Source of the DNA: Octopus vulgaris
Taxonomy: Eukaryota
Direction: 5' to 3'
DNA length: 64,000 nt
NCBI GenBank assembly: GCA_951406725.2
Contig: OX597826.1
Coordinates: 14,198,001-14,262,000 of the forward strand
Under the pieces are notes generated by a model. It ran no database searches, had not been told where the DNA came from, and saw only the letters and a list, made by a program, of their open reading frames with translations. Of this stretch, positions 1-13,508 are shown piece by piece; the first letter of the stretch is position 1; every line of letters begins with the position of its first letter. The translations under genes and the position numbers were made by a program.

Positions 1-383
1 GGATTTCTGCAGTAGGCATTCTTTAAGCCTTCTGTCCCACCATACCATGAAGAGGTTGGCCACATCACCAGCGATACTAACACCGATGGCTGCCCCCTCG
101 TCCTGGGCATATATTTTATTATTAAATTTAAATGTGTGGCCTTTTAGGGTAACTCTTATACTAGCTCCTAGTGCATGTGCGATCATTTTCTAAGAAAATG
201 ATCGCACATGCACTAGGAGCTAGTATAAGAGTTACCCTAAAAGGCCACACATTTAAATTTAATAATAAAATATATGCCCAGGACGAGGGGGCAGCCATCG
301 GTGTTAGTATCGCTGGTGATGTGGCCAACCTCTTCATGGTATGGTGGGACAGAAGGCTTAAAGAATGCCTACTGCAGAAATCC
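1..383. repeat. Perfect palindrome (191-bp arms, 1-nt spacer at 192) made of PLE RT sequence; probably continues left of the window
   Basis: Bases 1-191 are the exact reverse complement of 193-383 (centre gatcattttct-a-agaaaatgatc). Confidence 0.95.
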
Positions 384-1542
384 ATACTCGTAAACATGTA
401 CTCTCGCTATGTTGATGATATCAATATAGTAGTAAAGGCACCCCCACAAGAGAGTACGGTTGATATAGTAATAGAAACTAATACTATGGAGAGCATCCAG
501 CAAATAGCTAACTCCATCCACCAGAGTATTAAGGTCACAATAGACTACCCCACTAAACACCCCAACCATAGACTACCAGTACTAGACACTGAACTCTGGC
601 TAGAAATTGTGAAAAATAAAACCCAAATCCTTCATTCATACTATGCAAAACCTATGGCCTCAAAATACCTGATCCACCGGAACTCAGCCATTGCGGGCAA
701 TGCCAAATTCAATATTTTGATGGCAGACCTCGTCAGAATAATGAGAAATGTGTCACGCATGTGCGAGCCTACAGAATTAAAGAGACACATACAGTATTTC
801 ATTCACCGCATGCAGTTCTCAGGTTACAGCCATAAAGAAAGGATCAGAGTATACAAAGGAGCCATGAAGAAATTTGATAATATATTATGTAATGATAGGA
901 ATGGGATTTGCCCACTCTATAGGAACAAGTCATGGAACACTATAGAAAGGACAAAAAAGAAAATAAGGAAGGCCAACTCTTGGTATGATAGCCATAAATA
1001 CCAGAGTGTCATGTTCGTTGACACCACCCCTGGAGGTGAACTAGCGTACCGCTTTAGAAGGACCCTAGATAAACTTAAACTAAGAATTAAGGTTGTTGAA
1101 AAGCCAGGCAACCCTATCAGATCTATAATTGGTAGAACCTATCCTTTTAGTAGAACTCTCTGTACGGATAACTATTGCACTGTATGTAGATTTAGCCCAC
1201 AAACGAACTGTAAAGCCAGAAATGTGGTCTATAGTATAAGATGTATAGAGGAAGATGCAGTAACAAGACAGTAACATACGTAGGGGAAACTGCAAGAAGC
1301 ATTGGTGAGCGGGTGAATGAACATTGGAGACAACTCAAGGAAGGTAAAAGCTCATCGATTCTGTACCAACACGCCGAACAAGAACACGGGGATCAATCAA
1401 TAACATAGAGATTAAGATATTGTCCACACATAGAACAGATGCAACAATTAGACAAATTACAGAAGCTACACATATAATAGAAAATAAACCTAGCCTGAAT
1501 AGAAAACTAGAATGGAGCAATAGCGCACACCACAACATATGA
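193..1542 (+). mobile_element. 5'-truncated Penelope-like retroelement ORF: RT core and thumb, Cys-rich linker, GIY-YIG endonuclease (two frameshifts, near 1255 and 1390)
   Basis: RT motifs QDEGAAIG..ANLFM and YSRYVDD; linker CTDNYCTVC..NC; endonuclease NVVYSIRC / TYVGETARSIGERVNEH / [17 protein letters not shown] read across shifted frames; TGA at 1540-1542. The Cys-rich linker suggests a Neptune-like clade. Confidence 0.9.
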
Positions 1543-2061
1543 CAATAGTGGATCCTGCAAACATAATAAATACACAGGTAATTAAAGAAATAGAAATGAA
1601 TATCTATGTGTATGTATATGTGTATATATGTGTATATGTATATGTGTATATGTGTGTGTATATATGTATATATATATATGTATATGTATATGTATGTATA
1701 TATATATATATGTATATGTATATTCTTTTTTTTTCTTTTTTTTTTTTCTCGATTAGATTTATTATTATTATTACTAATATTGTTGTTATACATACATACA
1801 AGCATATGTAATGATAATAATGGGTGGATGTAAACACATGAACAAAATTAGAACAAAAGCAACAACAACAAAAACAAAATACAAATTACAAGAATGTATA
1901 TAACCAGAAGATACAAATATTACAGACATCCCCCCCCCCCACACTAAATAAACATAGACGCACATAGAGATATAAGCATGCGCAAATGAAGACATACAAT
2001 AGAAATACAAAATGGCTGACGGTTAGTAAGGAGAGACACAAGTAAGTGAGAAGAAAACAAA

Positions 2062-2106
2062 GGACCACTGATGCGGTCACAGGAGTGTGACGAAAGAACT
2101 TTGGCC
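2062..2106 (+). ncRNA. Minimal type I hammerhead ribozyme-like motif in the PLE 3' region
   Basis: GGACCA-CTGATGC-G-GTCAC aggagt GTGAC-GAAA-GAAC-TT-TGGCC; stems I and II can form; core A9 is replaced by C. Confidence 0.6.
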
Positions 2107-2220
2107 GAAATAAGATTAAGATTAATGTAAAAAATAAATATCACTGAAGCAAAATAACACCAAATATATAGTGCGTGTGTTTTTATTGGCTAAACTGGCA
2201 ATATGACCATTCCGAAATAT

Positions 2221-2273
<53 letters not shown>

Positions 2274-2295
2274 TATATATATACAAAACACACAC

Positions 2296-2373
<78 letters not shown>

Positions 2374-2926
2374 GTGTATGTATATATATATATACGTGTA
2401 TGTATATATGTGTATGTGTGTGTTGTGTGTGTGTGTGCATGTGTGTATGAAAGCACATACGTCAAAGAATGAGATATACCAATGAAAATGCGTCTCCACC
2501 TGCGTCTCGTATCTTTTACGCTTTCCTTCTAAATCACTGGCGTCAACTACCCCCTCCCTATATCACTTCACTTATCTTTTAATCTATCTATCTATCTAGC
2601 TTTATTTAAGAGAATTATTTCTCTATGTCACCATATCGAAAGTTTTTTCCGTTGCTCTCTAGAAGTATTTAATTGAAATATATATATAACAAAACTAATA
2701 ATATCTTCAATGACACTGGAATATGCGACAGATGGCCAGATTTTTATACAAGACTTAAGTATGACACACTGGAAATAAACTCACAGAGGCGGAAAAATTT
2801 ACATAAATACAAATATAAGGTTGCACATGATTTCGTTAACGCTAAAAAAATAAAAGCACGTTAATTCATGTCAAAACTCTTTTATTCTATATCGAGTTTC
2901 TGGTCTTTATATATATGTATACAAAA

Positions 2927-3156
2927 GGCGGCGAGCTAGCAGAAATGTTAGCGCGCCGGGCGAAATGCTTAGCGGTATTTCGTCTGGCGTTACGTTCTGA
3001 GTTCAAATTCCGCCGAGGTCAACTTTGCCTTTCATCCTTTCGGGGTCGATAAATAAAGTACCAGTTTCGCACTGGGGACGATATAATCGACTTAATCCCT
3101 TCGTCTGTCCTTGTTTGTCCCCTCTATGTTTAGCCCCTTGTGGGCAGTAAAGAAAT
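2927..3156 (+). mobile_element. SINE family A, full copy with tail variant 1
   Basis: Head ggcggcgagctagcagaa, B-box-like gagttcaaattcc, body gactttgcctttcatcctttcggggtcgata; at least 8 related copies in the window. Confidence 0.85.
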
Positions 3157-3177
3157 ATATATATATGTATACAAACA

Positions 3178-4273
3178 CATGGGTTAGACAAAATAATGGA
3201 AACACCTTTAAATTTCAAAAGACCGCCTTTGGAAGTAATTACAGCTTGAATTATTGTCGTGATGATGGTACGGGATATCGACTCCTTACTTGTTTTTCTA
3301 AAATGCACCATAAATGTTCAATAATATGGAGATCTGAGGACTGTGATGCCCAGATGAGATATTCATAATCATTAGAATGTTCCTCGTGCCATTCAGTAAC
3401 AAGTTTAGCTGTGTGAATTGGTGCATTATCATCTTGATTATTAATTCTGCCATGAAGGGAAAACATTGGGCCGGCGGATTTCTAAGATATAGCCCCACCC
3501 ACGTCCCAGATCATCAAAGAACCTCCTCCATGTGTAACAGTTCGAAGAAGGCAGTCTGGGTCAAATGCTTCTTTTGGCTGTCTCCACATGTATACGCGGC
3601 CAGTGGTAGGAAATAAGGTAAAGGATGACTCGTCTGAGAAAATAACATTCTTCCACTGCTCTAGCGACAAATTCTGTAGGTTTTTACTCCACTCTAAACG
3701 CTTTGCAACGTTTGTCTTTGAAAGTAGTAGTTTTCTGATTGTAGTCCTCCCGTGAAATCCAGCTTTGTACAACTCCTGGCGAGCAATTTTTGTGGAAACT
3801 GGGTTCTCGAGGTGGTCATTAAGACCTGCAGTAATTTTGGGAGCTGTACTTTTGTGATCCATTCGAACAATGCGCGTAAGAGTCCGACGGTCACTATCTG
3901 AAAGTTTTGGCTTTCTTCCGGAGTTTTGTTTCGATAAGGTGGTTTTTCCTTCTTTCTTAAATGCTGTCATTACTTTCGAGACAGTACTTCTTGATACCCC
4001 AAACATTTCGGCTGTTTTCGTTACGCTAGCGCCTGCCATACGAGCACCAACAATTTGACCTCTTTGACGGTCCGATAGATATGTGATTTTAATGAATTTT
4101 AATTACCCTTTTCTGTTGATATTTGTAAAGAAACAGTAAATGTATCAAAATATATTAAGCAGCACTAATAATAAATAACAAAAACATAAAAATAAACAAG
4201 ATTTGTCGGTTTTATAAATATTTCAAAATTATGGTGCTATGATGCTAGGTGTTGCCATTATTTTGTCCAACCC

Positions 4274-4276
<3 letters not shown>
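3178..4276 (-). mobile_element. Tc1-family DNA transposon with degenerate transposase
   Basis: About 30-bp TIRs (catgggttagacaaaataatggaaacacct / aggtgttgccattattttgtccaacccctg), TA on the right; minus-strand motifs IVGARMAG, SGRKPKL, VIFSDES, QDDNAPIH, SSDLHIIEHLW. Confidence 0.93.
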
Positions 4277-4335
<59 letters not shown>

Positions 4336-4499
4336 ACGCCCCGTTTCGCACACACAAATTCCTGCCCACATAAAACTGACAGCAACAAGTTCATTGAGTT
4401 AAAAGATAAATTCCCTGAAGACACTGATCTTCGTTGCTTTCCTTGTGACACTTGTAGTTTTATCTGCACACTGTGCAGTCGCTCCTGCTTTGGGTGGTG

Positions 4500-5420
4500 G
4501 CAGAGTTGATTTTACTGCAGCCAGCATTTGCTGATGTAAGTGCTGGTGTGGAGACTCTCTTGCAGGAAGGAGGCGTTTCTCGTTTGTTCTCGGTGGGTGA
4601 AGGACTTTGTGGTGGTCCCTCTTGCCGAAAGAGCTATCACCTCAATTTTTGCCCCTCACTGTTACGTGCAATTTTGCTCCTTCAGGCAAGTGGATTATGC
4701 CTAGAATGCTTTCAAGGGTCTGCTGATTTGCCTGGATTTAACGCTCCAGACCTTGTCCACACCAGTTTTGTTGGTGTAGTTTAATTATCTGTTAGATTAT
4801 CGATATTTTGTTCGTTATCAAGAAAGACAGCTGCCACAACCCAAAGACCGTCAATCTCAGGGGGCACCTCCCCAATCTTTATTTTTGATACTCACCTTCC
4901 GAGGTATGTTGGCAGGAGCACTAGTACATCAGTTTTAGGGGCATTGTGATGTGTAGTTTGGCTTCGTCTTCCGAGTCGAACTTTTTTCCACGGTGCCACA
5001 TCTTTTCTTTCTAACCACGTAATAAATTTTATTCGAGATGGGCTGCAAACACTTTTCGATAAGTTCCTTTCGTTTATGGTCAATGTTTTTGTCTTTTAGT
5101 GATAGGATTTACCAAGTTACAGTTCGTCGTAAGGTGCGCTGTGAGATTTCACTAGGGGACGTTAAAGAGACAGTTGTGATTTTCCTGAATTAGGCTTTTG
5201 AACATTTTCAAATCTTCAACATTTAATTCTAGTTGCTCTTGTACTTTAGCTACTGCTGGGAAACCGCGATTGTTAGGTTCAATTAATTTTTCTTCGAGAT
5301 TTAAAATTGTTTTCCTGGTTGTGGTTGCGTCGGAAAATGTCTGTGTGCTTTCGACTGCAATTCCTTCGTTCCGCCACCTCTTTTACGTAATGCGGAATAG
5401 GTGGAAAGATTAATTCATAA
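4500..5420 (-). mobile_element. Possible degenerate ORF1 (gag-like) of an L1/Tx1-type LINE
   Basis: Broken minus-strand frames LLPTYLGR*VSKIKIGEVPPEIDGLWVVAAV and HLPEGAKLHVTVRG resemble ORF1 segments upstream of a zinc knuckle; many stops. Confidence 0.35.
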
Positions 5421-6448
5421 ATGTCAGTTTGGTGAGGCGTAGCCCTCTTCATTACTGAATGCCATGTTTGAAAAATGTATACAAATATATTCCATGATAA
5501 TACACTATGAAATTAAAATTCGCACCACAAATGGGAATTGTTTTTAGTCAGGAACCTTTCCCCGCGAAGCAGGTTCAGTCTAGTTGATTCCAAATATTTC
5601 AAGATAAAACTTTACTCGTTTGTGTAACAAAAGAATAAAAAAAACATAGCAAAACTTAGGAGGGCATGAAAACACGTCCGTTTGGTCAAAGATTTAAATC
5701 GTTATTCGCCACTGCGGGATAAATATGGAGGGATAATACAAGACAAATAGTGTGGGATCGTACGTAGGAATGACAACCATGAAAAACAGGATGTTAAGAG
5801 TTAAAAATTCCAATACAATGACGGTAAGAAATGAGAAAATCAATATACAGTGCAGGACATGGCGACCCCACAATCCACACTCTGCACTTCTATAACATGG
5901 AGTAACCAAGGGTAGCGCTCAAGATAGGCACATCTGCACGCACCAGGCGCGCCACTTGTGTCCATCCCATGACCTGAGATCGCCTAGCAAGGGTCCCCAT
6001 CTCGATCCCAGACCACACACATCCATGTTACCTAACTTGAACGAAAGCATCAAGAGTGAGAGAGAAAAAATGCATTAACTTCCTTGGTGCTTTCTGTGGG
6101 GTAGGTATATCCCCTCCTCCAAGTGTGGCTTGTGGGAAGTCTTTGATTAAGTTCTGATGTAAATGATTTGTAAAAAGTAGTTGCGGGGTTCCAGTGTCTT
6201 CAGGGAATTTATCTTTTAACTCAAAGATCCTTTTGCTGTCAATATTTATGAATTTTATGTGGGCAACAACATACATCTTTAACATCTTTATCCTTTGAAT
6301 CCGGACAATTGTCTAGTAATTTATCTAATAGATCTTTCCACTTTAAGCTATCGCAGATTAATGTCGCTATGGGGTTAAATACACCGATTTCGATCGGAGA
6401 AAATATTGGTAACAATGGCCCTGCCAGTATTGGTTGACACGCCACCAG

Positions 6449-6532
6449 CTTCTTCTTCTCCTTCTTCTTCTTCTTCTTCTTCTTCTTCTTCTTCTTCTTC
6501 TTCTTCTTCGTCTTCTTCTTCTTCTTCTTCTT

Positions 6533-6563
<31 letters not shown>

Positions 6564-6601
6564 TTATTATGTTTGTTATTATTATTATTACCATTATTAT
6601 T
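6449..6601. repeat. (CTT)n followed by (TAT)n microsatellite
   Basis: Direct reading. Confidence 0.95.
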
Positions 6602-6979
6602 CGTCTGAATCTGAATCTTCACCTTCTATTTGTTTTCCCCCTTTCTCCTTCCTATCATTATACATATCCATCCCCTAGATCCTCATCACTACCACATAAT
6701 TTCTTCCCGACATACTCATCCACCATACACACTTTTAATATTTTTTCTTCTTATTTCCTCCCGATACTTTCATAGCAACAACGTCTGAGAAACGCAGAAT
6801 GTAACATCTTGCATTTCATGCCTAAAACCGTATATATTACGTAAATTTTCTTTTAGAATTTTTGCGTAAACTGAAGATGGTACGGAAATATGTGCAACTT
6901 ATAATTAAATATGTGTTAAAAATGTTCTTTGTCTTCTTCTTTTCATTGCATATACATACATACATACATATATACATAC

Positions 6980-7038
<59 letters not shown>

Positions 7039-7080
7039 CATGTATATATATGCATATATATATATATACATATATATATA

Positions 7081-7124
<44 letters not shown>

Positions 7125-8673
7125 CATGTATACCTATGTGTGTGCACGCGCGTGTGTGTGTTTGAATTGATGTACGTACGTATGGATGTTTCTATTTATG
7201 TAGCAAATTAAAATTTGTTGGCGGCTGGAGAAACATTTATAATTAAAATCATTTACGGTTGCAGCCTCCTCGATCAACCGAGGAACTAATTTATGTTCGA
7301 TTTTTCTTTATGAAATAATAAATACAGCTTCATTAATGTCAACTGCTCACCGCTTAAACTAATTCTTTGACAGCTTGATGACTCTTTAGCAACACGAAAG
7401 AAATATAAGCGAAAATCCAATCAAAGAATAGTTCCTTTCAATAATTGAGAATTTTTGTGCATTCCGCATTGATCTTTACACGATGTGGAATAAGCTGCAT
7501 TATGTTTTCATAATAAAAAAATAAAAAAAAAATTCGTCACATATTTCTAATAGAATTACTTATTTTTGTCATTCAGATCACAACAGAATTTCTTGAGTAG
7601 ACGGGAATTCAAACAGAATCCCAGGTGTGATCCTATAGTCTCCGCTTCAGAAATAATCTGTGTTGGATCGCGTCGTGCAACGTGTTTCTTTAGTAGCACG
7701 ATAATGTAAAAAATGCAGGAACTTAACCCTGCATTATTTCCTCTAAAGGAGTATAAAATTAATTTTGTATCTATTGAACATTTTTCGTAAGCATGGATAT
7801 CGATCTTATGAAATCAAATCTCAAATAGCTGGATCCTTGCTTCGTTCTTATATTTAATTCTTATAACATATTTTCCACTGATACGAAATACATTCCACTG
7901 AAAGCAATATTTCAAAGTAAAATTCAATAATACTTTATAGTGTGTACATTGCTATACGATCAGTCGTTGTACCCTTTTCACGGAGAAGTGTTCATATTAA
8001 ATTTTCATTGCAGCGGTTTCAATATCTGTTCAAAGATCATCGCTGTCATTACCGGTTGGGTATATTAGGAATAGATCAAAGTAACGATTGAAAGGTAACA
8101 ATTGACTTGATTTATTAAAAAAAACAACTTTTGTATAAGTTTTTACCGAAAATTTAGAAATAGCAGCCAAAAGACCGCTATTTCTTTTTCCTACAAAATA
8201 TGTCTCCACAGGTAACAGTTTTTACATAGGTAAAAGGAAGAAAAATAATGAAATCAAACAGTCTTCGATTAATTATGAGCGCGTTTCTGGATTAGAATTA
8301 TAAAAATTCATTTCCTTTGTCAACATAATATTTCGAGAATTATAAATTTAAAAATGCTAAGAAAACTTAGCCTTTGCATTTCTGCTCAAGCACCATCAGA
8401 ATGTAACACAAGGCAATCAGCATATCCAAACTTATACAGACGAGGGAATTCGTATTTCCCTCCAAGTTTACCACTTGCGTCAGAAGATAGTACCACAGAA
8501 AAAGATCCGCAGCTTTTTTTTGTTATCGGGGAGTGAAATAATCAATACAAATATAGGGTAAAACATTTTTTATTTAATAAATTAATAGATTTTACCAAGT
8601 AGTTTCGGTGTGGAAAAGAACTGTATTCGGTAAAAATGTATACCAACATTTATTTTTATATATAATTTATTTT

Positions 8674-8754
<81 letters not shown>

Positions 8755-8832
8755 TGTGTGCGCGCGCACTTGGAAATGGAAGCGTGGCGTTTAAATAAAT
8801 AATAACATAAATTATATGTATATACATATACA

Positions 8833-9215
8833 TATATGGGTACAGGACGTTACCAAATGTAAACAACATGAAGTACGAAAACATGCGAGTTAATTACGCA
8901 AACAACGAGAGAAGAAAATTGAAAACAGGACAAGTAGCACAAAGAACGACCTTGCATCAGTTGTCGGCTGTCTATGTACTTCTCATTTCGAGCATTCAAC
9001 GACAATATGAGTTTTCGAAGACCGTTGCTCCCATAACTTTCAAACTGAATACTGGATTTCATGGAGAGTCAAAGTTGGGAACAAAAGCAGGAAAGTGGAA
9101 GCATACAAGGAAATCAAACGAAAATAGACATGGAGGGTCGTTAGACCAGAACGAGTGGGAAAATAGTGAACGCAAGAAGAAATAATTACTTTCAAAAGAG
9201 AAAAGATAGGAGAGA
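8833..9215. repeat. Unclassified dispersed repeat, related to 17581-17980
   Basis: Both start tatgggtacaggac after a TA tract and share later ..gacgagggaaaa..tgaacgc.. type segments. Confidence 0.4.
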
Positions 9216-9319
9216 GAGATAGAAACGTCCAGTCCTTCTTGCAGGGTTGAAAGGGATGTATGTTTTGGGGTGTCTTGGGTGGCATGAACTAAATAATAGA
9301 TATTGTTTGGCATTTGTGG

Positions 9320-9650
9320 TTTTGTAAAATTCAATATCAAATCCGATTTTACTTGTGCATTAGAAAACCTAATTCATGTTATATATAAGATGCTCGGGAT
9401 GCCACCAAAACTACATGGGGTCCACAAGATTATCGCTCAGACACAAATGCACTCTGCACCGAGAGCAGGTTGCATCCCTAGAATACAGAATGATATCCTT
9501 TAGTGAACACATTGAGAGATGCGCAAAGCAACTGCTTCCACAATTTGTAATTTTTTCCACTTTATCAATGTGCCATTGGAACAACAGCACGGGTTAAATT
9601 CAATAAAGAAACCTATCTCATTGAAAAATATAAGCCAAAACATAACCATT
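9320..9650 (+). mobile_element. PLE GIY-YIG endonuclease remnant (Neptune-like)
   Basis: FNIKSDFTCALENLIHV / IRCSGCHQNYMGST..LRHKCTLHREQV..EHIERCA..KETYLIEKYKP across frameshifts. Confidence 0.75.
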
Positions 9651-9655
9651 TCTAA

Positions 9656-9688
<33 letters not shown>

Positions 9689-10009
9689 ATGTTGCAGATA
9701 CAGTAAATCCAGAAATTGTGATACATCATAATATCCCGATATAATCATCAAAGCGAAGTTACCAACATAAAAGTTAGCTAGAAAAACAGGAGCAAACTAA
9801 CGATTCACACATGTAATGAACTTGTAAATAGACACCGGCCATGCTATGGTATTCCCTAGAAGAATTTTCAGGTAAATGAATCGGCCGCTGTACTTTTTCT
9901 TTAAACCTGAAACTTGTATCGATCTATCTCGCCAAACGCTAAGCTACGGAGTCGTACACATACAACGCTGGTTGTCAAGCGGTGGTGGGAGTCAAACACA
10001 GACAGAAAG

Positions 10010-10045
<36 letters not shown>

Positions 10046-10130
10046 GCAAACAGTCACACAAGAATACACACATACGCGCACACACATACGCGCACACACA
10101 TGCATACATAAATACATACATAATACATAC

Positions 10131-10175
<45 letters not shown>

Positions 10176-11357
10176 GTCTACAATAATTAAACAATTCATA
10201 TTTTAGAGTGACAATAGAAAGAAATACTTCTGGGAAGGGCAGAGATCAGAAGTCCCAATATCATTAATACAGCTGGAAGAATGTGAATAACTTCCAAAGG
10301 TAAATTTTCTCTTTTAAGATTGTTATATTGTGAAGCAACGAATAACTCTTCAGTGGCAATGAATAAATATATCGTTGAGCTTTCTGAAAAACTGGTGAAG
10401 GAATCAGGGAAATAAGTAAGCGAAATATGCACATGAGAGAATATAAAATAAAGATAAACAGCAGATTCATTAGTGAGGATTATATTTATAAGAGTGGTTC
10501 ATTATAAATTAATCGCATAATTTAAATGATTGAATAACAGAGAAAATTCAAATAGTTAAGAAGGATGGAAACTCACGATTTTCCATCAAGAATCATTCGA
10601 AGAGACAGAGAAACAATATACAGACACATATGAATAATACAGATACACATGCACCACAAAATACGTACACAGACAGACAGACTCAATACAAATACTCAGA
10701 CACACACATAAATTTTCTGTAGGCAAACGTGCCAGTTAAGAACCTATCTTAACATACAAAAAAGATGGCGGAAATCTAATTTTGAAGTCCTTTTTGAAAT
10801 ATTTGAATTTAAATCTATGAAAATAGCATATGGAATGAAGTTGAATAGCAAGTGATAAAAGAAGAGTTATCCCATACAAGAGACTAGCCACCATATATAC
10901 AAACATTCACACATAGGCATGTACGTGCGTTTGTGTGTGCCTGAGTATGTGTGTGTGTGTTTGTGTGCGTGTGCGTGTGTGATCTGTGTCTGTGTGTGCG
11001 TGTATGTGTGGGTGTAAATCAGGAACATCTAGTTGATTTTAAGAGTATTTTAGGAATTTTACAACGAAGTCGTCATGTATCGCCTTTCTGAATACCTTCT
11101 TTCTTCTCTAGTCATTCCTTTTATTACGTGTCTCCACACACGTCATTTGACTATATGCATGAACACAGCATATATAAATGCAAATACAGAAATACACACA
11201 TATGATATATATGCGTGTGTATGAATATACGTATATATGTATACATATATATATATATATACATATATATATGCATGTATATGTATGTGTATGTATATGT
11301 ATGTGTATGCATGTATATATATATATATATATGTATACATATATGTATACATATATG

Positions 11358-11402
<45 letters not shown>

Positions 11403-11403
11403 G

Positions 11404-11457
<54 letters not shown>

Positions 11458-12248
11458 TAGATAGATGCACACAGACACAAAAGCACACAGACGCACAAAC
11501 TCATACACATATATGTATGCTTCTACGTATGCATTGCGTATATATTTTGAAACGTATACATATCCTTGTACGTGTGTTTTGTGTATCTTGCAGTAAATTA
11601 CTTCTTTGAAATTTCTATACATTATTCTTTGAGCGAAATGTTTCCTGAATTCACGACACGCCTTGGAAGGCCGCTACAACGCCTGTCTTTGCATCACGCA
11701 AATTTGCAACATGAATCCATTGAAATTCTGAATATTATTGTCTTGAACCATAAAAAAAAAATATTTTTAAAAGTTTGGAATGTGGACTAAATATGTTTTA
11801 TGCTTTCCTAGCTAACAAGTATATTTCTAAAACATCTTCAAGTAATTTTTTTTCAGACATGGTCTAGTGTTTTATAGATTCTTTAAAAAGGAAAAGAAAT
11901 AAATGGAATCTAGATATTTGAAGATATTGGCGTAGATCTCATCGGGAGATTGCTGTAACTGGAATCTTAAAATTATTTCTTATGTTGAGTTTTGTTACAA
12001 AAGATTAATAAAAAAAATATTCCCCTGTAGTTTTATTTATCTTAACGTATTTATAAATTAAGTTGATGGATTTTACAGTAGTCGCTATTGTGGAAGCAAA
12101 CCGTTTCCCCGCGTTGATGCATATCTGTGAATATCTTCCTTTGCTAAATGGAATGTTTTCTATGTTACCTAAATGCATTACAAATTTTGTAAAATAAATA
12201 ACTGGATTTGCTTTTTGATATCCAGTTGAGTAATGAGAAAGCTTACAT

Positions 12249-12437
12249 GCGCAGGTGTGGGTTTGTGGTTAGAAGCTTGCTCCCGACTACATGGTTCTGG
12301 GTTCAGCCTCACTGCATGACACCTTGGGCAATTGTCTTTTACTATGGCCTCAGGCCGACCATAAATTTGTGAATGGACTTGGTTGATAGAAACTGAAAGC
12401 CCGTCTTATACATACAAACACGTACACAGACACACAG

Positions 12438-12470
<33 letters not shown>

Positions 12471-12587
12471 CATACACTCCTTTGTGTTGTCCGCTAACAT
12501 CATTTAACAACCGGTGTTTTTTGCTTCCGTTCCCGTAACTTACCGGCTTGGCAAAACTGAACGATAGAATAAGTACCGGGCGTAAAA
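12249..12587 (+). mobile_element. SINE family B, diverged copy
   Basis: tRNA-like head, ccttgggcaa CORE-like box, internal CA/TA tract, gatagaataagtacc end. Confidence 0.8.
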
Positions 12588-12592
12588 ATTAT

Positions 12593-12621
<29 letters not shown>

Positions 12622-12623
<2 letters not shown>

Positions 12624-12851
12624 TTCTTTACTACCCTCAAGGGGCCAAAGGCAGAGGGGACAAAAAAGGACAGACAAACGGATTGAGTCGATTACATCGA
12701 CCACAGTGCGTAAATGGTACATAATTTATCGACCCCGAAAGGATGAAAGGCAAAGTCGACCTCGGCGGTATTTGAACTCAGAACGTAACGGCAGACAAAA
12801 TACGGCTACGCATATCGCCCGGCGTGCTAACGTTTCTGCCAGCTCACCGCC
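12622..12851 (-). mobile_element. SINE family A, tail variant 1
   Basis: Reverse complement matches 2927-3156. Confidence 0.85.
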
Positions 12852-13508
12852 TTATATATATAAATGTTGGGGTCGATTCATTCGACTAAAATTTCGTCAG
12901 TACGGCTCACCGACATTGCCTCGGTCCAACGAGTAAAAAAAGAAAAAAATATGTAGGAGATATAATAGAAAAATAATTCAATTGAGCGGAACGTTGAAAT
13001 ATTTCTAAAAATGTTATATTTTTAGGCGACAAAAAGGAAATTTGTGCGAGACAAAGACGATCACTATAGTATTAAAGCATTGATCGACCTGGAGAAAATT
13101 TAGCGAAAAATTTAGAATAATCAATTCAATGTTTCAATTCAGTTGATGTTGATCGGGAAAACTTATTTCCAGCATTTTTGTAGTTGGTGTACAAACCTAT
13201 GAAAATAATACGCATACCAATGGTATAATCGTTTTTCGACAAATCTGTTTGTAAACTCAGTAGTTGCCAACACGAATTTGCGTTCAAAGCACACTGCGTC
13301 TGTTAAACGTATCGTAAAATAACATTGAAAGTAGATCCAAAATGAAGAAATCTCAAAACTAACACAAAATGTGTTTACTATTGTAAGATTTTCCTTCGTT
13401 GTTCTTAAAGTGAGGTACAATCAATATATTTGCAATTCATTATATGGTATTTTATGCGATATTAGCTTCTGATGTATATCTCTTGTATATTTTCACTTCT
13501 ATTCAATT

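Noticed and set aside
171-192. N-terminus MHVRSFS of the 367-aa ORF
   Set aside because: It comes from the mirrored palindrome arm; genuine PLE sense sequence starts at 193.
193-1542. Naiad/Chlamys-type or selenoprotein-encoding PLE
   Set aside because: The endonuclease is C-terminal and the visible frame has no internal TGA.
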